This document shows, piece after piece, positions 52,943 to 63,919 of a DNA stretch of 64,000 nucleotides (positions are counted from its first letter, which is position 1; each line of letters starts with the position of its first letter). Position numbers and translations under genes: made by a program. Location: positions 1,426,001 to 1,490,000 of the forward strand of contig OZ025786.1 in assembly GCA_964019425.1 (NCBI GenBank). Reading direction: 5' to 3'. The DNA is from Flectonema sp. DT1601. Taxonomy: Eukaryota. The notes beneath the pieces were generated by a model that saw only the letters and a list, made by a program, of their open reading frames with translations, did not search any database and was not told the DNA's origin.

Positions 52943-53004
52943 ACAACCCCCCCCCCCCCCCCCCCCCTTTCATGTCTCACAATAATTACGCAGTTCAGTT
53001 TAAA

Positions 53005-54378
53005 ATGATTGAAACATCTGTCATATTAATACAAAAAGTTTGGAGAGGTTATCGGTCTAGAAAACATAATCGTGATTTAATAAAAACTGTTAAGGGAAGA
53101 TCAAGACACCGACATCGGACATTAAAACTAATTGACATGCTGCTGGAGGACTCTGAAAAGACGTACGACAGTACCGTAGTTTGGAATAATGCGCAAATCA
53201 ATCATTCAAACCACAACGTTGTCATAAAGAAATCAAGAAATAGACAAGCAATCCAACAAAGTACTGCTGCTGAGTGTTCTTATTTAAAGAAATTGAGAAA
53301 TACACGACAACAAAAAGAAAATCAATACATCATCGCAAGTGAGACATACGAGCATTTGACAGGTGTAAATATCATCACAGAGTGGTGTCCTTCAATGCCA
53401 AAGCATCCACATAATGGACCCAGAAGTACACTAGTTCAACGTTACGTTGAGAGCTATTATAAGAAAACTTGTCGAGAACAATCAAATACTAAATTATCAT
53501 TGCCAGGTTTGTTGGATCTTCCAAAAGCAGTTAACTCACTTCGATCATTCAGCAATGCCATCCTCGATAATGAAGAGAGAACATTTGAAATTTTAATTTC
53601 AGATTTACAATCTAAATTCATAAAGTATCTTAGTCAAAAGGGGAATGACCTTCTTCAAGGTGGAAGAAAAGGTCGTGTTGCATTTAAAAGGGAACAACAT
53701 CAGCAAAAGGTCATTGAACGATATTCATTGTTACCTCGCTATAATAAGAGGAAGCAGAAACCATTGCATTTGTCGATGTTTGAGGATCAGTTGTGGAAAA
53801 GAAAACAACAACACAATCGTGATAAACACCCTACCGATTCTGAGTGGGTTCAGAACATGATCAGCAGAGAGTGGAGTTGTAGAGCTGACGTTTGGAGGAG
53901 GGAAGGATTTCAATGGGAATATAATTTAAAATATCACAACAATCAGCTCTCTGGTGAAATCGGTCAAGTCGTTGAATTGGAAACAACTTTGAGAAATGAT
54001 ATCATCAGAGAAGAGATCTTATCATTCGATCTGCTTGAAGATACATTACTTTCTCAAAATACTAAATTCCTTCCTTCCGACAGTGATATCCTTCCTTCTG
54101 GTCACTTCTCAACTGGACTAACTCACAGCTGGTTAGAATTTAACATTTTCGTTTCTTCTAAGGGTTTATTTCCTCATGCTACTGTGTCACCAGAAGTAGC
54201 ACCAGTGGTGGCCTTTTTAGCTTCGGTTGTTGCAGCTTTTGTGTGTCGTCGTTGTAGAACTAATTTCTTAAAACCATCAACGTATCGATCTATCGAACTG
54301 CCGATGACTTCAATTCAATCTAAGAATGTATTGCCTCCGTGTTTGGATATGTTCCTCATTGATGATGATTTGATATAG
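53005..54378 (+). CDS. IQ-motif protein, unknown function
   Basis: ILIQKVWRGYRSRK near the N-terminus. The ORF-track start (52903) lies in the repeat, so the start is placed at ATG 53005 (52972 also possible). Confidence 0.75.
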   Translation: MIETSVILIQKVWRGYRSRKHNRDLIKTVKGRSRHRHRTLKLIDMLLEDSEKTYDSTVVWNNAQINHSNHNVVIKKSRNRQAIQQSTAAECSYLKKLRNTRQQKENQYIIASETYEHLTGVNIITEWCPSMPKHPHNGPRSTLVQRYVESYYKKTCREQSNTKLSLPGLLDLPKAVNSLRSFSNAILDNEERTFEILISDLQSKFIKYLSQKGNDLLQGGRKGRVAFKREQHQQKVIERYSLLPRYNKRKQKPLHLSMFEDQLWKRKQQHNRDKHPTDSEWVQNMISREWSCRADVWRREGFQWEYNLKYHNNQLSGEIGQVVELETTLRNDIIREEILSFDLLEDTLLSQNTKFLPSDSDILPSGHFSTGLTHSWLEFNIFVSSKGLFPHATVSPEVAPVVAFLASVVAAFVCRRCRTNFLKPSTYRSIELPMTSIQSKNVLPPCLDMFLIDDDLI

Positions 54379-54846
54379 ATTCGGGAAAATACTTATGTTG
54401 GTTCTTTATTTGTAATTATGTTGTGTTCTGACATTTCCAGCTTTGGCTTTTTTTCAGTGTCAGCACGATTACTTGAATATAACTTTCTGTTGATGTAAGT
54501 TATTGTGGTGGTTGTGGTATTGTAACTGAGTTGTTGAACGACTGCTCCTGTTTCACTGTTGAGTAAGACTATTGAAAGATCGCCACAATCAAACAGTTGT
54601 TGCTGTCTGATCACTTCTTAAAAAGAGTTACACACGTTTCCTGGTTTCTCACCCGCAAAGAGAAATTTTTACTGTTTCGGATGCTTTTTTCTTTGATGTG
54701 TTTTGGGCATTTTTAAAAAAATATTTATTTTGTAAGAAGGATTTCTTTACAGATTCCTTGTTCTGCTCTTGGGAAAAAAAAAAAAAAAAATTATTTTTTT
54801 TTTTCATAACTTATTTCTTTTCTCTCCATTCAGTTCAACTATTGTA

Positions 54847-57300
54847 ATGATTTCAATAAAATGGTCGAGTAACTTTCTGGTATTCGGATGTATTTTAATA
54901 TCCGCCAGCATCTGTTCGATACTTTCGATAACATCATCAGACGATGCGATTTCAAAGACGGAGACGAATCGAGACTCGTCAGTTGATCAATGTTTTAGTT
55001 TTAGTAGTAAAGTAATAACAAATAGAACTTCTGAATATCTAAACTTATTATCTGGAAGTGTTTTGTCGATGATTGAAAAGCATTTCACGACTCACAAAGC
55101 AGTAACACAACTTATTGTTTCAGAGATGCTTGCTGGTGATGATCAACAAAAAGACAGTTGGGAATTTCTTTGGAACAAACGATCAGCTTTTATGAATTTG
55201 TATAACTCATTTTACGACAGTGGTGTTGCTGGTCTTGGCGTAATAAATAGAAACAGCGCAGTTCTTTATATTGTCGAGGATGTATTTACGGTTTTATCAT
55301 CATCTAGACACACCATACTCACTGTTAATAATGGTTCAGAATATGATGTGCCAGGCATTCCAACCAAACATAGACTTGCTTGGGGAACTGCACAGAATTT
55401 TACCGGAGGATTCGCGAATCCAGAACCACAATTCTATCCAAACTGTAAAGAGTGGAGGGATTATCCGTGGATTGACATGGGACCTTGCTATGGTAAACCT
55501 TCGTCTGTCACATCCGCATATTCAGTTGAAATATTCCAGGGTATTGTATTACCTGGGGTTGACAACGTCGTGTTCGCCCCACCAATTGCTATAGGTCCGT
55601 ATATTGCTATATTCTGCCTTGGTACTTATTACAATTCACGAGGTGAATACACTGGAATTACCTACTCTGCTCTAGACATTCGAATTGTTGATCGTTTTCT
55701 TCAAAGTCTTAATGTCCCTGGTATGGGAAGAATATTCACCGTCGTAAAGGAAGGGAATTGGTTGGGATTTCCTGTTGACTTGCATCTGACAGGAGTGTCA
55801 AAAGGTGCTTCTGGTAGAGGAAATTCAACACACGCTCAAACAGTAGCAGCCATTGATGCCGATGATGATATCATTAGAAACACAGCATTGTACATTGAAT
55901 CTACTTATCCAAACAAGTACAGTAATATTAGTGATAAAGGTGTTTTTGAAATATCTATTCCGGTTGGTGTAGGAGGAGGAAATGAAACTTTCTATGTTCT
56001 GGTTAACACTTTCGACAACAACAGACAAATCCAGTGGTACGTTGTGACCGTCTTGGATAGAGAATACATTCTCGGTGAAGTTGACAAGGTGACTGACGAG
56101 ACGAAGGTCGGTATCTCAGCCTCATCGAAGACCATTTCAGACGATCTGAAAACATCGAGAATGGCGTTGATCTTGACCATTGGAGGGACAGCTATTGTGT
56201 TACTTATTGGGGGATACTTGGCAATCACAACTGTCACAAAACCGATTAATATTTTGAAGAATGAAATGGCCAGCGTTGCTGTCATGAGACTTGAAGACGT
56301 TAATGAGAACAGAGACTTGTCGATGCTTTCTGAAGTTTCTCAAATGCAGCAGTCGTTTATTCAAATGATACAAAACTTACGAGAATACAGAAATTACATG
56401 CCACAGTCTATATTATTATCCTCAACAGACGATGACGAAATAATATTAGTGAAGGAAATGAAACTATCGATCAGGTCTGATGGGTCAGCGTCAAAGATCT
56501 CTTTTGGTTGCGGATCATTGTCGACATCTTCAATAATTTTTCATAGTAAGGATATGGGTGTTCGCTCTCGTAAACTATCAATCGCAATCACAAACGCAAT
56601 TTCATTCTGTACAGAAACTGGTAGTCTACAACACCACAAAGAGTACATCGCTCAGTCACTAAAACAGTGCACTCAACATGGAGGTATACCTGATAGTTTT
56701 AACGGAGATCGTTTTATAATGATGTTCAATGGTCCGAAAACCTGCACTGATCACGCAATCCAAGCCGCAGTCACTTGCAAGTTGATCTCAATAAATGCTC
56801 CTTACACCATTTCTGCATCGGTGTCGTCAGGAACTGCCAAATGTGGTAACATGGGTTGTGATGGTCTCAAGAAGTACAGTGTTATTGGAAGTGTGTACGC
56901 TGTTGCTATGACGTTAGAGAGGATTAACAGAGTTTTGGGTACTAAGTTGTTATGCTGTCCGACTGCAGAGAGAGATGTCAACAGGTCGTTTTATACACGT
57001 CTTGAAGACCAACTTTGGTACCCAAAATATAAAGGAGATAAAGCAATGTGCATCTATTCGATTGTGTCTGAAAAACGTGTTCCGGATGCGGAGTGGATGT
57101 ATCAGTTGCAGGCTACTGAAGAATCGAATCCTGCTAAGATTCATAATGAAATAATGCGATCTTATTGTGCGAAGGAATACGAAGAGGCTCTTTGTATCGC
57201 CGGTAGTGATCCGTCCTTCGAACAATTGAAGGAAAAGATAATCAAAGCTCGAGATGATGGGATTAACTGTATTAATTTCATAGCAACAGACTTTCTTTAA
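54847..57300 (+). CDS. Receptor-type cyclase-like protein: TM, extracellular sensor (Cache-like), TM, HAMP-like, degenerate class III cyclase (paralog 1)
   Basis: Two hydrophobic segments flank ~400 aa. VTKPINILKNEMASVA...LSEVSQMQQSF..M (HAMP-like), PDSFNGDRFIMMFN and GNMGC.GLKKYSVIG. Confidence 0.8.
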   Translation: MISIKWSSNFLVFGCILISASICSILSITSSDDAISKTETNRDSSVDQCFSFSSKVITNRTSEYLNLLSGSVLSMIEKHFTTHKAVTQLIVSEMLAGDDQQKDSWEFLWNKRSAFMNLYNSFYDSGVAGLGVINRNSAVLYIVEDVFTVLSSSRHTILTVNNGSEYDVPGIPTKHRLAWGTAQNFTGGFANPEPQFYPNCKEWRDYPWIDMGPCYGKPSSVTSAYSVEIFQGIVLPGVDNVVFAPPIAIGPYIAIFCLGTYYNSRGEYTGITYSALDIRIVDRFLQSLNVPGMGRIFTVVKEGNWLGFPVDLHLTGVSKGASGRGNSTHAQTVAAIDADDDIIRNTALYIESTYPNKYSNISDKGVFEISIPVGVGGGNETFYVLVNTFDNNRQIQWYVVTVLDREYILGEVDKVTDETKVGISASSKTISDDLKTSRMALILTIGGTAIVLLIGGYLAITTVTKPINILKNEMASVAVMRLEDVNENRDLSMLSEVSQMQQSFIQMIQNLREYRNYMPQSILLSSTDDDEIILVKEMKLSIRSDGSASKISFGCGSLSTSSIIFHSKDMGVRSRKLSIAITNAISFCTETGSLQHHKEYIAQSLKQCTQHGGIPDSFNGDRFIMMFNGPKTCTDHAIQAAVTCKLISINAPYTISASVSSGTAKCGNMGCDGLKKYSVIGSVYAVAMTLERINRVLGTKLLCCPTAERDVNRSFYTRLEDQLWYPKYKGDKAMCIYSIVSEKRVPDAEWMYQLQATEESNPAKIHNEIMRSYCAKEYEEALCIAGSDPSFEQLKEKIIKARDDGINCINFIATDFL

Positions 57301-58147
57301 TTTATGAATGATTGAAGTAATAAAAAAAAAACTCTATATTACTGTGAAGTAAAGGAGCTAAATTGGATCAGTGAAGGGTTTCTACTCGTCGTCGCCCGAA
57401 ATCACAAAAAAAAAAAATTATTAATTATTTTCTCCCTCACTTTTCTTCTCACATGATCTGCACTTTTTTTTTTTTCTTTTTTTTTTTCTGTAGCAAATTT
57501 TGTGTGATAATTATTTTAGTGCAGCAAGAGCCTGATGTCTTTGACTGATGTAGTTTTAAGATGGGGCTATGTCTCTCTTGGTTTTAGTTTTCCAAGGCTC
57601 CTCAGCAATTGAGTTCTTCAATTTCGTACTGCACGGTAACAAAAAAACATGTATGCAGATGGAGTTTTGAACATTGATTATAATGTAGAGTCGTTTACGA
57701 TATTTGCAGGGTGGTTACCTACCCCTTTCTAATACTATTTGTAGATAACCGTTTCACGGTACATAAACTTTTATCGAGTTTGCTCTCACACATGGTGAAT
57801 CTCTAACCCGTTCTGGCGAGCTCCGATGGATTGGTTGTTATCGGTTCTTACGTTAGGAAACACTTTTGAAACTTACTGATGAAGGCCAAAAAAAAAAAAA
57901 AAAAGGGGGAGGAACAGCAGAATAATTTATTTAATGTTTTTTTTCTTCTCGAAATGTCATTTTTTTTTTTTAATAATCTCATATACTAACCTTTTTATTC
58001 AATATAACTCCTCTTCTTTTTTTAACTGAGGAAGTATCAAGTCCCACCTGTTTTCCGGATCAGGATTCTTTTTTTTCCCCCCCCCCTTTTTTCTTTTAAA
58101 TATAATGAAAGATGTCAGAAGCAGCAGTGTGATGATTTTTTTTTCTC

Positions 58148-58178
<31 letters not shown>

Positions 58179-58850
58179 GATCATACATACCTGATGCGCA
58201 CAAACATATCTTTTGCAGAACCGTTAGTTGGGTTCATTTTTGTTTTCCCTTTTTCTTCAGTTTTGTAGTTGATATCAATTTTGTATTAATACCTGAAATT
58301 GTTACTGTTTTTTTTTTTTTTTTTACATTGTCCGAGTCCACCCCCTTTCTTTTTCTTTTTCTTCTCTCTCTTTTTTCCTGGAACGCCCATTCGTCAGGGA
58401 AAAAAAAAAAAAAAGGAAGTGGCTAAGCAATTATTTTCGAGCAGTAAGCCCTATTCTTTTTATTTTTTATTTTTTTGCTCCTCCCATCTTTTTTTCTTGT
58501 TTTTTTTTTTTTTTTGAAAAAACCATGTTCTATTCTCTCTCAAAAGACGTTGCTTATATTTTTTTTAAATACTTTAATCATTATTATTACTCTATAGGAT
58601 TACTTATGTTCGTTGTGAACAAAAAAAAAAAAAAATAAATAAAATAAAATAAAACAAATGGATGTTGGAATCGCTGCGGTAGGATCTTTCCAGTTCTCGC
58701 AGCAAAGTTATTATTATGTTTTTCCCCTCTTTGTTTTTTTTTTCCCCTTTCATGTTGAATGCCTTAAATGAGCTTTCTCCATTTGCATTGTTTTCGCGTT
58801 TTTACAAACCATACAAAAACCCTTCAGTTATATTGGGGTTATTATTATTT

Positions 58851-58891
<41 letters not shown>

Positions 58892-59164
58892 CTTCAGTTT
58901 GGTATGTTGCGTTTTGGTAGGGTTTTTAACCAGTTGCTTAAAGTCAACATTTTGCTCAGAAAATCTTTCTTTTTTTTTTTATTCTTTCATTTTTATTTTT
59001 TTTGATTTGTACGAACCTGATAGTTTATGTGAGTTCATTTACACTTTTCGGAGGTTTTTTTTTGTTTTCATCTAACCACAGCAAAAATCTTGTTTCTTTT
59101 TTTATTTTGATACATAATTCTTCATAACTTTATTCTTTTCTCTCCATTCAGTTCAACTATTGTA

Positions 59165-61630
59165 ATGATTTCAATAAAATGGTCGAGTAACTTTCTGGTA
59201 TTCGGATGTATTTTAATATCCGCTAGCATCTGTTCGATACTTTCGATAACATCATCAGACGATGCGATTTCAAAGACGGAGACGAATCGAGACTCGTCAG
59301 TTGATCAATGTTTTAGTTTTAGTAGTAAAGTAATAACAAATAGAACTTCTGAATATCTAAACTTATTATCAGCTGGGGTGGTTGATTCAATCACAACGCA
59401 ATTTGAAACACATAGATCAGTAACACAATTGGTATTATCTGAGATGCTTGCTGGTGATGATCAACAAAGAGGTAGTTGGGATTTCATGTGGAATAAAAGA
59501 TCAATGTTTGTTAACTTGTATAATTCTTTTTATGACAATGGAGTTGCTGCTCTCGGTGTTGTTAATAAAAATAGCGCTCTGGTGTTCGTTCTTGAAGATG
59601 TTTTTACCGTTCGTTCACCGTTTCGACATACCATTCTCACTGTTAATAATGGTTCTGAATTCGAAGTACCAGGCATTCCAACTAGACTTAGACTGGGTTG
59701 GGGAACGGTTACAAATTTTACCGGAGAATTTGCGAATCCAGAACCACAATTCCATCCAAACTGTAAAGAGTGGAGGGATTATCCGTGGATTGACATGAGA
59801 CCTTGCTATGGTAATCCGGTGAATGCTCAAGCCGCTGTTGTTGTTGAATTGCTTGGTAAGATAGTACCTCCCGGTATCGACAACTTGACATTCACACCAC
59901 CCATTCCAATTGGACCATATGTTGGTATTATATGCTATGGTACTTACTACAATTCAAAGGGTGAGTATATGGGAGTCAGTTATGCAGCCTTAGACACTCG
60001 TATCATGGATCGTTTTCTTCAAAGTCTTAATATCCCTGGTATGGGAAGAATATTCACCGTCGTAAAGGAAGGGAATTGGTTGAGGCTTCCTGTTGACTTG
60101 CATCTGACAGGAGTGTCAAAAGGTGCTTCTGGTAGAGGAAATTCAACACACGCTCAAACAGTAGCAGCCATTGATGCCGATGATGATATCATTAGAAACA
60201 CAGCATTGTACATTGAATCTACTTATCCAAACAAGTACAGTAATATTAGTGATAAAGGTGTTTTTGAAATATCTATTCCGGTTGGTGTAGGAGGAGGAAA
60301 TGAAACTTTCTATGTTCTGGTTAACACTTTCGACAACAACAGACAAATCCGGTGGTACGTTGTGACCGTCTTGGATAGAGAATACATTCTCGGTGAAGTT
60401 GACAAGGTGACTGGCGAGACGAAGGTCGGTATCTCAGCCTCATCGAAGACCATTTCGGACGATCTGAAAACATCGAGAATGGCGTTGATCTTGACCATTG
60501 GAGGGACAGCTATTGTGTTACTTATTGGGGGATACTTGGCAATCACAACTGTCACAAAACCGATTAATATTTTGAAGAATGAAATGGCCAGCGTTGCTGT
60601 CATGAGACTTGAAGACGTTAATGAGAACAGAGACTTGTCGATGCTTTCTGAAGTTTCTCAAATGCAGCAGTCGTTTATTCAAATGATGCAAAACTTACGA
60701 GAATACAGAAATTACATCCCACAATCAGTGTTGGTGTCCTCAACTGATGATGAGGCAAACGACGGAGATTTCGAATTCGGAACTTCCATAATCACTTCTA
60801 ACAGCTCTGAGGACTCAGCAACAAGAGCTTCACGCTCTCGTACTGCAACATCACACGGTCTCACTTTCACTAATGCTAAGGATATGATGATCAAACACAG
60901 ACGGATTTCAATCGCAATCACAAACGCAATCGCGTTCTGTGCAGAACCTGGTGGTCTACAATACCACAAAGAGTACATCGCTCAGTCACTAAAACAGTGC
61001 ACTCAACATGGAGGTATACCTGATAGTTTTAACGGAGATCGTTTTATAATGATGTTCAATGGTCCGAAAACCTGTACTGGTCATCCAGTCCAAGCTGCCG
61101 GAACATGTCTTTCAATTATCGGTAGTGCTCATTACAAGATTTCTGCATCGGTGTCGTCAGGAACTGCCAAATGTGGTAACATGGGTTGTGATGGTCTCAA
61201 GAAGTACAGTGTTATTGGAAGTGTGTACGCTGTTGCTATGACGTTAGAGAGGATTAACAGAGTTTTGGGTACTAAGTTGTTATGCTGTCCGACTGCAGAG
61301 AGAGATGTCAACAGGTCGTTTTATACACGTCTTGAAGACCAACTTTGGTACCCAAAATATAAAGGAGATAAAGCAATGTGCATCTATTCGATTGTGTCTG
61401 AAAAACATGTCGCGCATGAAGAGTGGATGTATCAGTTGCAGACGAGTGAAGAATCGAATCCGACCAAAGCTCACAATGAAATAATGCAATTCTATTGTAC
61501 GAAGGAATATGAATTAGCGTTGTCATCAATTGGTGATAACACATCACTCGCTCAACTAAAAGAAAAAATATTAAAAGCGATTGAAACAGGAGTTAACTGT
61601 ATCAATGCTATTGGAACAGAGTTTGTTTAG
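59165..61630 (+). CDS. Receptor-type cyclase-like protein (paralog 2, tandem duplicate)
   Basis: Same architecture, with long blocks identical to 54847-57300. Confidence 0.8.
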   Translation: MISIKWSSNFLVFGCILISASICSILSITSSDDAISKTETNRDSSVDQCFSFSSKVITNRTSEYLNLLSAGVVDSITTQFETHRSVTQLVLSEMLAGDDQQRGSWDFMWNKRSMFVNLYNSFYDNGVAALGVVNKNSALVFVLEDVFTVRSPFRHTILTVNNGSEFEVPGIPTRLRLGWGTVTNFTGEFANPEPQFHPNCKEWRDYPWIDMRPCYGNPVNAQAAVVVELLGKIVPPGIDNLTFTPPIPIGPYVGIICYGTYYNSKGEYMGVSYAALDTRIMDRFLQSLNIPGMGRIFTVVKEGNWLRLPVDLHLTGVSKGASGRGNSTHAQTVAAIDADDDIIRNTALYIESTYPNKYSNISDKGVFEISIPVGVGGGNETFYVLVNTFDNNRQIRWYVVTVLDREYILGEVDKVTGETKVGISASSKTISDDLKTSRMALILTIGGTAIVLLIGGYLAITTVTKPINILKNEMASVAVMRLEDVNENRDLSMLSEVSQMQQSFIQMMQNLREYRNYIPQSVLVSSTDDEANDGDFEFGTSIITSNSSEDSATRASRSRTATSHGLTFTNAKDMMIKHRRISIAITNAIAFCAEPGGLQYHKEYIAQSLKQCTQHGGIPDSFNGDRFIMMFNGPKTCTGHPVQAAGTCLSIIGSAHYKISASVSSGTAKCGNMGCDGLKKYSVIGSVYAVAMTLERINRVLGTKLLCCPTAERDVNRSFYTRLEDQLWYPKYKGDKAMCIYSIVSEKHVAHEEWMYQLQTSEESNPTKAHNEIMQFYCTKEYELALSSIGDNTSLAQLKEKILKAIETGVNCINAIGTEFV

Positions 61631-62192
61631 ATAACCTTCGTGAGTCTACGACTCCACTTCTATAAGTAGGGCAAAAATGATGACAATACTGTTTCGGAAA
61701 GAACGCAAACTTCGATCCGATGTATTTTTCTTCATTTTTCTTTTCGCCTGTACAATAAATAAGTTTTTTTTTCTTCTTTTTCCTTTTCTTTTTTGCTTTC
61801 CTACTTAGGAAGTATCTGTTTAGACAATCCGGCCGACAAGACAAATATAAATAGTGGAAGTTGGCAAACTACGAGGACACATGTAGATAACGGTATGGCT
61901 CTTTCAAGGGAATTTCTTTTTTTTCCTGTTTTTTTTCTTCTTATTCTGTTACTGTTTCTGTCCTCTCAATGTGTTTTCAAAAGAAACCGGGGTTATGATG
62001 CTGTGCACCTTTTTTCTTTCCTTTTTATATAATTGCGAGAACGTTTCCAAGCAATTACAGTTTGTTTATAATTAAATCAAAAGCATCTTTCCTTTTACTT
62101 GATATCACAAATCACAAATTACAATTTTTTTTTTTTTAGTCGATTTTCGACTCTCTCCCATCCCCCCTTTTTTTTATTTTTTTATTTTTTTT

Positions 62193-62459
62193 TATTATGA
62201 ACATGAAACTTAAAGTAACTACATTCCAGTCCTGCAAACTGGAATGACTCAGTCTCAACATTTGACTGACTTACTTCTACACCATACTGATGAGAGAGAA
62301 TAGAGGTAAGAGGTATATGGATTACTCTCGAAACCTATAGTTACTTTAATATGCTAAGTTGCGCATCACCCTTAGTCACTGTATTTAAAACTAATGTTAA
62401 ATTATCTTTATGTTTTTATGATACAACACAGTTGTAATTTTTACAAAATCGAACATACA
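62193..62459 (+). mobile_element. Family A hammerhead-bearing element, second full copy
   Basis: Identical to 8125-8390 except one extra T. Flanked by C-run/T-run sequence on both sides. Confidence 0.85.
62210..62349 (+). ncRNA. Permuted hammerhead ribozyme, second copy
   Basis: CTGATGA at 62287, AGGTA^TATGG at 62311-62320 and CTCTCGAAACCT at 62325-62336. Confidence 0.75.
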
Positions 62460-62582
62460 ACCCCCCATTTATCCAAGTCCCCCCCTTTTTTTTTTTTTTT
62501 TTTTTTTTGGCGTTATTCATCGTTATGTTGTTTTATAATACAATGCATTTGTATTTTACGTACAAAACCGAACAGTTAACAC

Positions 62583-62618
<36 letters not shown>

Positions 62619-63894
62619 GTTATTGTGTTAAATCCTCTGCGTTCATATGCATGAGTGTTTACCGATACCGAATATTACCCTTAGTCAGCTGTATCATAAC
62701 TAATAGTTTGTTTAGATAACTCTGGTACAATACAGATATTTATTTCTTCACATAAATATATTCCAACATTTTGAAAAAAAAAAAAACTCTCCCCTCCTCT
62801 TTTTTTTTTTTCTTTCTTTTCTTCTCTTCTCGATATTAAATGTAGTACCCAAAACCTTTATATCTATTTTGATGCTGTAAAATTGTTTTGTTTTCTTTTA
62901 CAAAATGTCAAAAAATATCACACCTTCTTGACTGTCAGGTGCTGTTGATAATTTTTTACAGTATTCAATTTTGTTTCCAAGATATGTAATTCTCGGAGGA
63001 GAATTGTCAATCGAAGTCTTGCGAGCAATGTAGACATAAAGTATAACTCAGGGGTTTTGATTTTACTGTTCAACCTTTGGTGTTTTTTGACATACTTTTC
63101 GCTGTGTGTCAAATCTATAGGCTTATTTTTGTTACTGGGAGTGAGCAGTGTAATCTGTGTTTGATGAACGTGAGGGTTCATGGATGTGTGTCTTCGTGTG
63201 TGTGGAGCTGCTTTCCTACCTTTTTTTTTTTTTTTTTTGAATAGTTACCTTTTGGGCAATTTTCTTGTTCCAGTTAGTAGAAAAATCGAAAAAAAAAAAA
63301 ACAAACAAACAAACAAATCAAAAACGTTTCAAGGTGCAGGCAATTCATCAAATACAAAAAAATTACTAACAGTTCTTGCGTTGTTATCTCTATATCTCTC
63401 TATATCTCTCTTTTTTTTTTCTCTCTTTCCCGTTGATGTTTTCTAGTCTTTGTTTAAGTCCTCGTATTTGCTTTACTTTGGTTTCTTTTTGTATTTTCAA
63501 TTCCCTCTTTTTCTTCATCCTATGTGTTTCTACTGCTATTGTTGTTAGTTGCCTAGGCGTGCTTTCCCTTATTTTTTTTTTTTTTTGAATTTCTTTATCC
63601 ACATTTTCCAAGTCATTTATTTTTTTTTGACGCAGGCAATGTCCCTTTACTCTATAAGTAGTGAAATACTTCAACCTCGAAATTTTTTTTTATTTATTTT
63701 TACGTTTAATTGTTCTTTTATTGTGCTGGAGACTAGTTCTCTATTTGCAGCAAATCAATTCGTGTAGAAGGCATCACAGAAGAAATGCTTTAAGCGTATG
63801 TAATACGAAAAAAAAAAAAAAAAAAATTGAATAAGTTACTCTTTACCCGAAATATAGTTGGATATCAGTTTTTCTGACTTTTTTAGGAAACTAA

Positions 63895-63919
63895 TTTCTG
63901 TACTTTCTGTACTTTATTG
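63895..63919 (+). other. Spliced-leader-like relic
   Basis: TTTCTGTACTTTATTG (63904-63919) equals the conserved 3' end of kinetoplastid/diplonemid spliced-leader exons as recalled. It is preceded by a duplicated TTTCTGTAC and is not followed by a GT donor. Confidence 0.55.

Noticed and set aside
62918..63181. 87-aa minus-strand ORF (also 54393-54614)
   Set aside because: Short, no recognisable motif and opposite to the cluster orientation, so support is insufficient.
453..63767. Many 60-120 aa ORFs rich in poly-F or poly-K, and TTG/GTG-extended starts in the ORF track
   Set aside because: They arise from intergenic poly(T)/poly(A) runs and prokaryote-style start calling. Starts were moved to the first plausible ATG.
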